From: an uncultured Synergistia bacterium
GTDB taxonomy: Bacteria > Synergistota > Synergistia > CAYRKT01
Direction of reading: 5' to 3'
Length of the DNA: 23,993 nucleotides
NCBI GenBank assembly: GCA_964425005.1
Contig: CAYRKT010000020.1
Location: forward strand, 1-23,993
In this document: piece by piece, positions 1 through 8,237 of the stretch
Layout: every line of letters starts with the position of its first letter
How positions within the stretch are numbered: position 1 is the first letter of the stretch
The notes under the pieces: model-generated
What the model was told of the DNA's origin: nothing
Databases searched by the model: none
Seen by the model: only the letters and a program-made list of their open reading frames with translations
Position numbers and translations under genes: made by a program

Positions 1-551
1 TCGTTGGGGTCTACAGGAAGACGCATCCCTTCGCCGCCGAGGACGTGAGGTTCGGCGGCTGGACCACGCCCGGTAGGGAGGCCCCGGTGTTCGAGACCGA
101 CCTCTGCAGGCTGGGGATCGTGATATGCTACGACGGGGACTTCCCGGATCTGGCCACCACCATGGCCCTCAGGGGGGCGGAGCTCATAGCCCGTCCGTCC
201 GCTCTGCTTCGGACTTACGACCACTGGTGGGCCACCAACTTCGCCAGGGCTTACGACAACCACGTCTACCTGGTGGGCGTGAACGCCGTGGGTTCGGATC
301 CGGGGGGGAACTTCTACTTCGGCCACAGCATGATCGTGGCCCCCAATGGCTGGAAGCTGGCCCAGGGCAGGTGCGCGGAGGAGATGGTGTACGCCAGGTT
401 GAGCCCGGATCCCATGAGGACGATATACGGCGGAATGACCTCTTTGCAGAGCTTCGACCACTTGGAGGACAGGAACCTGGAGGCCTACGACGTGATGAGA
501 AGCGGCAGGTGTCCTTTCAAGCCGGGCCGTCACGTAAAGGGAGGTGAGTAG
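1..551 (+). CDS. Carbon-nitrogen hydrolase (nitrilase superfamily) protein, 5'-truncated at the window edge
   Basis: The reading frame is open from position 3 and stops with TAG at 549-551. The translation contains the nitrilase-superfamily catalytic-Cys motif GIVICYDGDFPD and the downstream pattern HVYLVGVN...GHSMIV. No start codon lies in the window, so the N-terminus is upstream. Confidence 0.8.
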   Translation, partial: VGVYRKTHPFAAEDVRFGGWTTPGREAPVFETDLCRLGIVICYDGDFPDLATTMALRGAELIARPSALLRTYDHWWATNFARAYDNHVYLVGVNAVGSDPGGNFYFGHSMIVAPNGWKLAQGRCAEEMVYARLSPDPMRTIYGGMTSLQSFDHLEDRNLEAYDVMRSGRCPFKPGRHVKGGE

Positions 552-554
552 TCC

Positions 555-1814
555 TTGGGCGTCGATCTGGAGAAGTCCAACAGGGAGGCCCTCTCCAGGC
601 TGTTGTCGGCCAGACCTTTCTGGGTGGGGATGGGCTTAGCTAAAGAGCTCGTACCTGGGATGGGCGAGAGGACCTTCACCCACGCGGGTCCCCCCATATC
701 CTGGGAGAGGATGTCTGGCCCCATGAGGGGAGCGGTCATAGCGGGGGTGCTCTACGAGGGCTGGGCCAGGACGCCGGAGGAGGCGGAGGCCTTCGCCGCA
801 TCTGGAGAGGTCGAGTTTCGGCCCAACCACGACCACAGCGCCGTGGGGCCCATGGCCGGCGTGATAACGCCCAACATGCCGGTCTTCGTGGTGGAGAACA
901 GGGCCTTCGGCAACAGGGTCTACACCAACATGCTGGAGGGCCTCGGCAAGGTCATGAGGATGGGGGCTTACGACGAGGAGGTCCTCTCTAGGCTCAGGTG
1001 GATGAGGGATGTGCTATACCCGGTCCTGAGGAGGGCCATAGAGAGGGCCTCTTCGGTGGGCGAGGAGGTGGACCTCAAGTCCATAATAGCCCAGGCCCTT
1101 CACATGGGCGATGAGCTCCACAACCGGAACAAGGCGGCCACCTCTTTGCTGATAAAGAACATAGCGCCTCACATGGTGGAGACCTCGCCGCCCGACAAGG
1201 TCTCCGAGGTCATAAAGTTCCTGGCGAAGACGGATCACTTCTTCCTGAACCTGGGCATGGCTGCGGCCAAGGCCTCTTTGGATCCGGCCCATGGGATCGA
1301 GGGCTCCAGCTTGGTCACCGTCATGGCCAGGAACGGCACCGACTTCGGTATAAAGGTGTCCGGCCTCGGGGACGAGTGGTTCACCTGTCCGGCGGCGGTG
1401 CCTGACGTCCTGCTGTTCCCAGGCTTCACCAAGGAGGACGTGAACCCCGACATAGGCGACAGCGCCATCATGGAGACCGTGGGGGTGGGGGGTTTCGCCT
1501 TGGCCTGTGCTCCCGCGATAGTGCAGTTCATAGGCGGTTCACCTCAGGATGGGATCAACTACACCCTGGAGATGTACGAGATAACCATTGCCGAGAACGA
1601 CACCTACACCATCCCTCAGCTCAACTTCAGGGGCACGCCCACGGGCATAGACCTGCTGAAGGTGGTGGAGACCGGGATAACGCCGGTATTGGACACCGGG
1701 GCGGCCTGCAAGAGGCCTGGGGTGGGCCAGGTGGGGGCTGGGATAGTCAGGATGCCGATGGAGGCCTTCGAGAGGGCTGCATCTCGATTCGTGGAGAGAT
1801 ACCTGGAGGAGTAA
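555..1814 (+). CDS. DUF1116 family protein (YlbE/AllG-like)
   Basis: A 419 aa ORF with a TTG start at 555, 7 nt after the SD GGAGGTGA. Long-range similarity to the YlbE/DUF1116 family is judged by eye only; no recognisable catalytic motif could be identified from memory. It is translationally close-coupled to the downstream molybdenum hydroxylase genes. Confidence 0.7.
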   Translation: MGVDLEKSNREALSRLLSARPFWVGMGLAKELVPGMGERTFTHAGPPISWERMSGPMRGAVIAGVLYEGWARTPEEAEAFAASGEVEFRPNHDHSAVGPMAGVITPNMPVFVVENRAFGNRVYTNMLEGLGKVMRMGAYDEEVLSRLRWMRDVLYPVLRRAIERASSVGEEVDLKSIIAQALHMGDELHNRNKAATSLLIKNIAPHMVETSPPDKVSEVIKFLAKTDHFFLNLGMAAAKASLDPAHGIEGSSLVTVMARNGTDFGIKVSGLGDEWFTCPAAVPDVLLFPGFTKEDVNPDIGDSAIMETVGVGGFALACAPAIVQFIGGSPQDGINYTLEMYEITIAENDTYTIPQLNFRGTPTGIDLLKVVETGITPVLDTGAACKRPGVGQVGAGIVRMPMEAFERAASRFVERYLEE

Positions 1815-1818
1815 GGGG

Positions 1819-2694
1819 GTGAAGGGAATGCTTGCTTTCGAGGTGGAGCGTCCCCTCACGCTGAGCCAGGCCCTGGCGATACTGGGCGAGGGCCTGGGCG
1901 CCGCTGTGCCCAAGGCTGGGGGCACCGACCTGCTGGTGTGGATAAAGAGCAGGGCCGTACTCCCCAAGGTGGTGGTGGATCTGGGCTTGATAGACGAGCT
2001 CAGGTGCATGGAGTTCAGGCCTGGCGAGGGGCTTAAGCTCGGGGCCTTGGTCACCTGCAACGAGGTGGTCAGGTCCGAGGAGGTCCAAACCCACTATCCG
2101 GCCCTGTGGGAGGCCTGCCGCAGACACTCCGACTGGCAGATAAGGAGCAGGGCCACGGTGGTGGGAAACGTCTGCTCCGCCGTCCCATCGGGCGACACCA
2201 TGCCGGCCCTCTACTGCTACGGGGCGGTGGTCCACTTGGTGGGGCCAAGGGGGGAGAGGGACGTGCCCATCGACTCCTTCGTCCGCGGGCCCAGGGTCAA
2301 GGACCTGAGGCACGACGAGCTGGTCAGCCACATCTTCGTCCCCGATCCCGGACGTAACGCCGGGTGCTACCTTAAGCTGGGCAGGAGGAACGCCCTCGAC
2401 ATAGCGCAGGTAGGGGTGGCCTGCGTGGCCCTGAGGTCGGGCGAGGGGGTCGAGTACAGGATAGGGTTAGGGGCTGTGGCGCCGACCCCCCTGAGGGCCC
2501 TTGAGGCGGAGGAGATGTTACGGGGCCACTTTGGCCCGAACGATGCTCTGCTGGAGAGGGCGGCATCCGCCGCCTCCGCTGCTTCCAGGCCCATATCGGA
2601 CGTCAGGGCCAGCGCTGAGTATCGTAGGGCCATGGTGGGGGAGCTGGTTAAGGAGGCCGTCAGGATCGTCTCCTCTAGGCTCGTGGAGGGATAG
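1819..2694 (+). CDS. Xanthine dehydrogenase family molybdenum hydroxylase, FAD-binding subunit (CoxM/XdhB-like)
   Basis: GTG start at 1819 after the SD AAGGGGG; 291 aa. The fold is the FAD-binding molybdopterin dehydrogenase type (GGTDLLVWIK...ATVVGNVCSA...). The C-terminal segment AEYRRAMVGELV resembles the CO dehydrogenase flavoprotein C-terminal domain. The stop is TAG at 2692-2694. Confidence 0.85.
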   Translation: MKGMLAFEVERPLTLSQALAILGEGLGAAVPKAGGTDLLVWIKSRAVLPKVVVDLGLIDELRCMEFRPGEGLKLGALVTCNEVVRSEEVQTHYPALWEACRRHSDWQIRSRATVVGNVCSAVPSGDTMPALYCYGAVVHLVGPRGERDVPIDSFVRGPRVKDLRHDELVSHIFVPDPGRNAGCYLKLGRRNALDIAQVGVACVALRSGEGVEYRIGLGAVAPTPLRALEAEEMLRGHFGPNDALLERAASAASAASRPISDVRASAEYRRAMVGELVKEAVRIVSSRLVEG

Positions 2695-2698
2695 GGAC

Positions 2699-3181
2699 AT
2701 GGAGAAGAGGGTGGTGCGCTTTACTCTCAACGGCAAGCCGGTAAAGTACGAGGTGGAGCCCTCTGCGACCCTGCTCAGGGCGCTCAGGGCCGAGGGGGTC
2801 ACCAGCGTGAAGAGGGGTTGCGAGGAGGGTGAGTGTGGGACCTGTACCGTTCTCTTGGATGGGACGCCGGTCAAGTCGTGCTTGATCCTGGCGCTGGAGG
2901 TAGAGGGCAGGAGCGTGACCACCGCCGAGGGTCTTTTGGGGCCGAACGGGGAGCTCCATCCCGTCCAGAGGGCCTTCGTGGAGGAGGGTGGCATCCAGTG
3001 CGGCTTCTGCACCCCGGCGATGGTGCTCACCGCCTATGCTCTCCTGAGGGATAACCCCTGTCCCACGGAGGACCAGATAAAGGAGGCCATCTCGGGGAAC
3101 CTGTGCCGCTGCACCGGATACGCGGGGATAATAAGGGCCGTCAAGAGGGCCGCTGAGCTCATGAGGGAGGAGAGGAGGTGA
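2699..3181 (+). CDS. Xanthine dehydrogenase family molybdenum hydroxylase, [2Fe-2S] iron-sulfur subunit (CoxS-like)
   Basis: ATG at 2699 (MEKRVVRFTLNGK...). The plant-ferredoxin-type cluster motif CEEGECGTCTV and the second cluster motif GIQCGFCTPAM...NLCRCTGY are both present. The longer 2501 ORF in the track is an in-frame read-through of the upstream gene and is not used. Confidence 0.9.
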   Translation: MEKRVVRFTLNGKPVKYEVEPSATLLRALRAEGVTSVKRGCEEGECGTCTVLLDGTPVKSCLILALEVEGRSVTTAEGLLGPNGELHPVQRAFVEEGGIQCGFCTPAMVLTAYALLRDNPCPTEDQIKEAISGNLCRCTGYAGIIRAVKRAAELMREERR

Positions 3182-3188
3182 AGGTGCT

Positions 3189-5546
3189 ATGGAGGAGAAG
3201 AGGGCTATAGGGGCTTGGGTTACCAGGGTGTACGACGATCAGAAGGCGGCCGGCACCCTAAAGTACACCGACGACCTCTCCTTCGGCCCGGAACTCTTGC
3301 ACGCCAGGGCCGTTAGGTCCACCGTGGCCTCGGGCATCATAAAGAGCATAGATCCCACCGACGCCCTGAAGGTCCCCGGGGTCGTCAAGGTCATAACCGG
3401 CAGGAGCTTCCCGATCCGCTTTGGGTTGTACCTGAAGGACAGAAACGCCATGGCCATAGAGAGGGTCAGGTACGTGGGCGAGCCCGTAGCCCTTGTGGTG
3501 GCCGAGACGGAGGACGCGGCGGAGGAGGGGGCTTTGAGGGTGAAGGTGGAGTACGAGGAGCTTCCGGCCGTCTTCGATCCGCTCGAGGCGATGAAGGAGG
3601 GGGCTCCTCTGGTCCATCCGGACCTCGGGAGCTACGAGAAGGTCCCCTTCGTCCTCCCGGTCCCCGGCACCAACATAGCCCAGCACTTCAAGCTCAGGAG
3701 AGGCGACGTGGAGAAGGGCTTCGCCGAGGCCGACCACATCTTCGAGGAGGAGTTCTCCTGTCCCCAGATAGCGCACGCCGCCCTGGAGACCCACGTCTGC
3801 ATAGCTGTCCAGGACAGGGCTTCTGGGGAGATAACCATATGGAGCTCTGCCCAGTCGCCCTTCACGGTGAGGGACATAATAGCTAGGAACCTCAACCTGC
3901 CGCTCAACAAGGTTAGGGTGATAACGCCTCCCATAGGCGGCGGCTTCGGCGGCAAGGCCGGAGTGACCATAGAGCCCCTGTGCCTGGCTGCCGCCATGGA
4001 TCCGGACATCAAGGGTAGGCCCGTCAAGCTCTTCATCCCCAGGGAGGAGCAGATGGTCACAACCTGGGTCAGGCAGGGGTGGTACTCGAAGATAAAGATA
4101 GGGGTGAAGAGGGACGGCACCATCACGGCCATGAAGCTCATGCTGGTCTTCGACACCGGCTCGTCCGCTGAGTATGGGGTAAACCCCGTTAGAAGCGCTG
4201 GCTATACAGTTATGGGTTGCTACTACATACCCAACATCTGGGCCGACGCCTACGGGGTGTACACCAACAAGCCCTTCGGCGGTGCCTTCAGGGGATTTGG
4301 CCTTCCCGAGCTCATGGGTGGGCTAGAGGCCACCATAGACACCATAGCCCACAGGCTCGGGATGGATCCGGTGGAGTTCAGGCTCAAGAACCTCCTGCGC
4401 CCGGGCCTTCCCACCTGCACCGGCATGCCCATGCACCCGCACGCCCTGGACAAGATAATAGAGGAGGTGGCCAGGAGGATAGAGTATGGTAAAAAGGAGC
4501 CCCCCATCAGGAGCGGCTGGAGGAGGGGCAAGGGTATAGCGTTGGCCATAAAGGCCCCTGCCATGCCCGCCGACGCATCCTCCTCGGCCACGGTGGAGCT
4601 GCTGGGCGATGGGACGGTCAGGGCTTTGGCCGCCACCATGGACATGGGTCAGGGCACTTACACCGCTTTCGCCCAGATAGTCGCCGACGAGCTGGGGGTT
4701 CCCATAGAGAGGGTTAAACTTTACTATCCTGACACCGCGTCGCATCCTTACGATTGGCAGACGGTGGCCAGCAGGTCGCTTTGGTCCATGGGCATGGCCC
4801 TGAAGCAGGCCTGTCAGGATGTGAAGAGGCAGCTTCTGGAGCTCTACGCGGAGTACTGGCAGGTCCAACCCGAGGACATAAGGATAGAGAACGGCACGGT
4901 CTACTGCGATAAGCTGGGGATCTCCGAGCCCCTGGACGTGAAGGTCCAAAACGGCTTCAAGATGCCCAGCGGAGTCCTCAAGGGAGGTCCGATAGTGGGC
5001 AAGGGGCACTTCGTGCCGCCGGACGTGGTCTACCCCGACCTGGAGACGGGCCAATCCCCCAAGAGCGTCGTCCACTTCACCGTGGGCGCCGTGGGCCTGG
5101 ACGTGGAGGTGAACCCCAGGACCGGCGAGATAGCGGTCAACAAGGCGGTGGCCGGCTACGACGTGGGCAAGGCCATATCGCCCATCAACGTCAAGGGGCA
5201 GATAGAGGGCGGTACGGTCCAGGGGCTTTCCGCTGCGGTGATGGAGGGGATGTACTACGACGAGAGGGGCAGGCTCCTCAATCCGGACTTCACCGACTAC
5301 AAGATAGCCACCGCCATGGACGTGCCCGATGAGATAGAGAGCTTCTGGGAGGAGACGCCGGAGGAGCTGTCCCCATACGGGAACAGGGGTGTAGGGGAGC
5401 ACTCCATGATAGCCCCGGGCCCAGCCCTCAGCAACGCCCTTTACGACGCCTTGGGCATAAGGATACATCGCTATCCCTTCACCAGGGAGAGGGTCTACAT
5501 GGCCGTCAAGGCGGCGGAGAGGGGCGAGAAGGACTTCTGGGGTTGA
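3189..5546 (+). CDS. Xanthine dehydrogenase family molybdenum hydroxylase, molybdopterin-binding large subunit
   Basis: 785 aa; ATG at 3189 after GGAGGTGAAGGTG. It has an aldehyde oxidase/xanthine dehydrogenase a/b-hammerhead N-terminus and the MoCo-binding motif PPIGGGFGGKAG. No CoxL-type VAYRCSFR CO-dehydrogenase motif was seen. Confidence 0.9.
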   Translation: MEEKRAIGAWVTRVYDDQKAAGTLKYTDDLSFGPELLHARAVRSTVASGIIKSIDPTDALKVPGVVKVITGRSFPIRFGLYLKDRNAMAIERVRYVGEPVALVVAETEDAAEEGALRVKVEYEELPAVFDPLEAMKEGAPLVHPDLGSYEKVPFVLPVPGTNIAQHFKLRRGDVEKGFAEADHIFEEEFSCPQIAHAALETHVCIAVQDRASGEITIWSSAQSPFTVRDIIARNLNLPLNKVRVITPPIGGGFGGKAGVTIEPLCLAAAMDPDIKGRPVKLFIPREEQMVTTWVRQGWYSKIKIGVKRDGTITAMKLMLVFDTGSSAEYGVNPVRSAGYTVMGCYYIPNIWADAYGVYTNKPFGGAFRGFGLPELMGGLEATIDTIAHRLGMDPVEFRLKNLLRPGLPTCTGMPMHPHALDKIIEEVARRIEYGKKEPPIRSGWRRGKGIALAIKAPAMPADASSSATVELLGDGTVRALAATMDMGQGTYTAFAQIVADELGVPIERVKLYYPDTASHPYDWQTVASRSLWSMGMALKQACQDVKRQLLELYAEYWQVQPEDIRIENGTVYCDKLGISEPLDVKVQNGFKMPSGVLKGGPIVGKGHFVPPDVVYPDLETGQSPKSVVHFTVGAVGLDVEVNPRTGEIAVNKAVAGYDVGKAISPINVKGQIEGGTVQGLSAAVMEGMYYDERGRLLNPDFTDYKIATAMDVPDEIESFWEETPEELSPYGNRGVGEHSMIAPGPALSNALYDALGIRIHRYPFTRERVYMAVKAAERGEKDFWG

Positions 5547-5555
5547 TCGGCCCTT

Positions 5556-5597
5556 AGGGGAGGCGAAGGGGGCGCACGGCCCCTGCTCGCCTCCCCT
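5556..5597 (+). terminator. GC-rich extended stem-loop immediately after the Mo-subunit stop (no U-tract)
   Basis: An 11 bp perfect outer stem, AGGGGAGGCGA/TCGCCTCCCCT, encloses an inner 5 bp GGGGC/GCCCC stem. It is followed by GGTGTGTCGTCG rather than a T-run. It could be a weak intrinsic terminator, a processing or stability element, or an attenuator. Confidence 0.3.
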
Positions 5598-5733
5598 GGT
5601 GTGTCGTCGTATAATTTACCAAAGCTCGCCGAAGGAGGTGATGGGACGCCTCGGGTCTCTTCTAGGGAGCTTCGATTTGCACGTGTGTTTCTCATCCCAT
5701 AAGACTTTTTCGGGAAAGGGGGTTCGGTAGGAG

Positions 5734-7110
5734 ATGTCCTCCAGGAGGATAATTTACAGGGTGGACGACAAGCCTCCCCTGCCTATAATGATCCTGGCCG
5801 GCGCTCAGCACGTCCTCACCCTCTTTGGGGCCACCACGCTGGTGCCGCTGATATTCGGTCCTGCCATGGGCATGTCCCAGGAACAGATAGCCTTCTTCAT
5901 CTCCTGCGTCTACCTGGCCATGGGGGTGGCCACGCTGATCCAGACCCATCCGGTCCTGGGATCCGGGCTTCCCATAGTCCAGGGCTCCAGCTTCAGCTTC
6001 ATACCTCCTGTGATGACGGTCATAGGGATGTACAGCGCGCAGGGGCCCAACGCGATCATGCAGTATCTCGGCGGTGGGCTTATAGTCGGTGGATTGGTGC
6101 TCTCTGCCATAGGTTACAGCGGTCTCATAGGGTACGTGCGCAGGGTCATAACGCCCGTGGTCATAGGCCCGACTATAATGGCCATAGGGTTCTCCCTGGC
6201 CAAGGTGGCGGTGGAGTTCAACGCCGCCAACTACTGGCCCGCCTCGCTCCTGGTGGTGGCTCTGGTCTTCTTCTTCAGCCTGATATCTAAGAACAAGTAC
6301 TTCAACATCTTCTCGGTGATCATGGCCATATCGATCACCTATCTGATATGTCTCTTTGCCTCCCTCTCCGGGATATTCGTGCCCGGGCATCCGGCCTACA
6401 TAGACCTCTCCAACGTGGCTAAGGCCCCCTGGTTCAGGTTCACCGGCATAGCCCCCTGGGGTGCGCCCAAGTTCAGCGTGGTGGCCATAAGCGCCCTGGC
6501 GGCGGGCTTCTTCGCGGTGATGATCGAGTCCATAGGGGACTACCACTCCTGCTCCTACGCCTCTGGGCTTCCCGATCCCAGCCCCAAGACCATAAGCAGG
6601 GGGATAGGGGCGGAGGGGCTCAACTGCGCCATAGCTGGATTGCTGGGCGGCGTTGGGACCACTTCCTACACCGAGAACATAGGGCTGATAGGGATAACCG
6701 GCGTGGCCTCCAGGTGGGTCGTGCGGACTGGGGCCATAATACTGATACTCATGAGCACCATAGGGAAGCTCTCGGCCCTCATAGCCACCATACCGAGCCC
6801 GATAATAGGCGGCGCCTACATATCGCTCTTCGGCGTGATAGGAGCCCTGGGGATCCAGGTTCTCATGAGGGCCGACATGGGCAGCCAGCGAAACGTCATG
6901 ATAGTGGGCTTCGCGTTCCTCATGTCCCAGGGGCTTCCCGGATGGGTGGAGGCCAACCAGAAGCTCTTCAGCGAGCTCGGCACCCTCGGCATGATGATAT
7001 GGGCTATCCTGAAGACCCCCATGGCGGTGGCTGGCATCTCCGCCGCCATATGGGACTCCCTGATCCCGGGGACGGACAAGGAGAGGGGCATCACCCCGAG
7101 GGAGGAGTAG
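5734..7110 (+). CDS. Nucleobase:cation symporter-2 (NCS2) family xanthine/uracil/uric-acid permease
   Basis: 458 aa polytopic membrane protein. Its motifs are typical of the PbuX/UraA family (GAQHVLTLFGATTLVPLI, QGSSFSFI, ESIGDY). The stop is TAG at 7108-7110. Confidence 0.85.
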   Translation: MSSRRIIYRVDDKPPLPIMILAGAQHVLTLFGATTLVPLIFGPAMGMSQEQIAFFISCVYLAMGVATLIQTHPVLGSGLPIVQGSSFSFIPPVMTVIGMYSAQGPNAIMQYLGGGLIVGGLVLSAIGYSGLIGYVRRVITPVVIGPTIMAIGFSLAKVAVEFNAANYWPASLLVVALVFFFSLISKNKYFNIFSVIMAISITYLICLFASLSGIFVPGHPAYIDLSNVAKAPWFRFTGIAPWGAPKFSVVAISALAAGFFAVMIESIGDYHSCSYASGLPDPSPKTISRGIGAEGLNCAIAGLLGGVGTTSYTENIGLIGITGVASRWVVRTGAIILILMSTIGKLSALIATIPSPIIGGAYISLFGVIGALGIQVLMRADMGSQRNVMIVGFAFLMSQGLPGWVEANQKLFSELGTLGMMIWAILKTPMAVAGISAAIWDSLIPGTDKERGITPREE

Positions 7111-7125
7111 GCTGTCTCGTCTGGG

Positions 7126-7169
7126 CCAGGGACCGGGGCGAAGCTCCGGTCCCTGGTGGGGGCGTTTTT
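7126..7169 (+). terminator. Rho-independent terminator candidate after the permease gene
   Basis: An 11 bp perfect stem, CCAGGGACCGG...CCGGTCCCTGG (7126-7156), has an inner GGC-GAA-GCT extension. It is followed by TGGGGGCG and then TTTTT at 7165-7169. The T-run sits 8 nt after the stem. Confidence 0.5.
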
Positions 7170-7194
7170 GCAACTTAGTTGCATTATCTTGCAA
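7168..7194 (+). promoter_or_regulatory. Three direct TTGCA(A/T) repeats at about 10-11 bp spacing upstream of the MoeA-like gene
   Basis: TTGCAA occurs at 7168, TTGCAT at 7179 and TTGCAA at 7189. The repeats lie between the terminator and the SD AAGGAG (7193-7198). No canonical -10 could be aligned; they may form a promoter or an activator/repressor site. Confidence 0.3.
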
Positions 7195-7202
7195 GGAGCG
7201 AG

Positions 7203-8237
7203 GTGTGTCTTTCGGTGAAGCTCACTTCCGTGGGTTTGGAGGAAGCGGTGGGGATGTCCCTGGCCCACGATCTGACCGAGATAGACGTGGACGGAGGCTT
7301 CAAGGGGGCCAGGTTCAAGAGGGGACACGTGGTGAGGCCCGAGGACCTGGAGGTCTTGAGGAGGATGGGGAAGAGCAGGCTTTGGGTCGTCGAGCTGGAG
7401 GAGGGGGAGCTACACGAGGACGAGGCCTCTAGGGCTTTGGCCTCTGCTTTGGCGGGGGAGGGCGTCAGGGTGGAGGGTCCGGGCGAGGGCAAGTGCGGCT
7501 TCTTCGCGGAACGCTTTGGGCTTTTGGTCTACGATCCGTCCTCGGTGGACGCGATCAACGCCTTCGGCGTATGGGCCCTGGTTCTGCTTCCTCCCTTCGT
7601 ACCGGTGAGGGCGGGGGAGCTCGTGGGCTCGATCCGTCCTTTCGGATTGGTCGTGGATAGGGCCTCGTTGGAGGCGACCCTGTCGGTCGTCTCTCCCCTG
7701 TCAGTTAGGGCCTTCGAGCCCCTTAGGGTAGCCCTGGTCACCACCGGCGCGGAGCTGCTCGAGGGCAGGAAGAGGGATGCCTTCAGGCCGAAGCTGGAGG
7801 AGAAGATATCCCCCCTGGGCGGCGTCTTCCTAGGACAGGAGGTGGTCGGGGACGACATCGAGGCCATCGCCTCCAGCGCCAGGTCCTTCCTGGAGAGGGG
7901 GGCAGACCTTATCATATTCACGGGCGGCATGAGCGTGGACGCAGACGATCTCACCCCTAAGGCCATATCGTCCCTGGCGGACGAGGTGTTGTTCAGGGGG
8001 GTGCCCGTGATCCCAGGCAACATGTTGATGCTGGCGAGGAGGGGTAAGGCCTACCTGGTGGGAGCCCCAGCGTGCGTGGTCTTCGAGCGCAGGACCTCCC
8101 TGGACCTGCTCCTGCTCAGGCTGTTCGCTGGGCTGCCTCCTAAGGCGGAGGAGGTAAGGCGATGGGGGGTGGGGGGGTTTTGTAGCAGGTGCGAGGCGTG
8201 CGCGTTCCCTCGCTGCTCCTTCGCCGCCAGGCCTTGA
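7203..8237 (+). CDS. MoeA-like molybdopterin-binding protein (truncated molybdopterin molybdotransferase family, lacks C-terminal domain 4)
   Basis: LRVALVTTGAELL and ADLIIFTGGMSVDADDLT match the MoeA domain-3 (MoCF biosynthesis) signatures VRVALFSTGDEL and VISSGGVSVGEADYT. The N-terminus has an MoeA-like LEEAxGxxLAxDL segment. The preferred start is GTG at 7203 after AAGGAG; the track's TTG at 7179 is also possible. The C-terminal 49 nt overlap the next gene, and the tail is Cys-rich. Confidence 0.6.
   Translation: MCLSVKLTSVGLEEAVGMSLAHDLTEIDVDGGFKGARFKRGHVVRPEDLEVLRRMGKSRLWVVELEEGELHEDEASRALASALAGEGVRVEGPGEGKCGFFAERFGLLVYDPSSVDAINAFGVWALVLLPPFVPVRAGELVGSIRPFGLVVDRASLEATLSVVSPLSVRAFEPLRVALVTTGAELLEGRKRDAFRPKLEEKISPLGGVFLGQEVVGDDIEAIASSARSFLERGADLIIFTGGMSVDADDLTPKAISSLADEVLFRGVPVIPGNMLMLARRGKAYLVGAPACVVFERRTSLDLLLLRLFAGLPPKAEEVRRWGVGGFCSRCEACAFPRCSFAARP

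Noticed and set aside
2501-2698. A long N-terminal extension of the [2Fe-2S] subunit ORF
   Set aside because: The extension is an in-frame read-through inside the FAD-subunit gene. The conserved ferredoxin fold begins at MEKRVV (ATG 2699), 5 nt after the upstream stop.
4323-5468. A 381 aa ORF on the - strand, plus other long antisense ORFs (3258..3794, 3632..4156, 5692..7194, 14817..15422, 16105..16509)
   Set aside because: Each lies entirely antisense to a strongly supported gene (the Mo subunit, permease, GGDEF or MsrBA). Their composition is low-complexity and Pro/Arg/Gly-rich, typical of spurious open frames in high-GC DNA, and they carry no recognisable motifs.
5600-5733. A possible purine (guanine/xanthine) riboswitch upstream of the NCS2 permease, suggested by the TATAAT and a structured leader
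   Set aside because: No match was found to the conserved purine-aptamer core: no P2/P3 arrangement, no GUUUCUACC junction, and no UAUAAU-stem-...-stem-CUAUG architecture. The TATAAT is more simply a -10 hexamer.
7165-7195. A sigma-54 (-24/-12) promoter built on the TTGCA elements
   Set aside because: The -24 position has TTGCAA rather than a GG-containing TGGCAC, so it does not fit the sigma-54 consensus.
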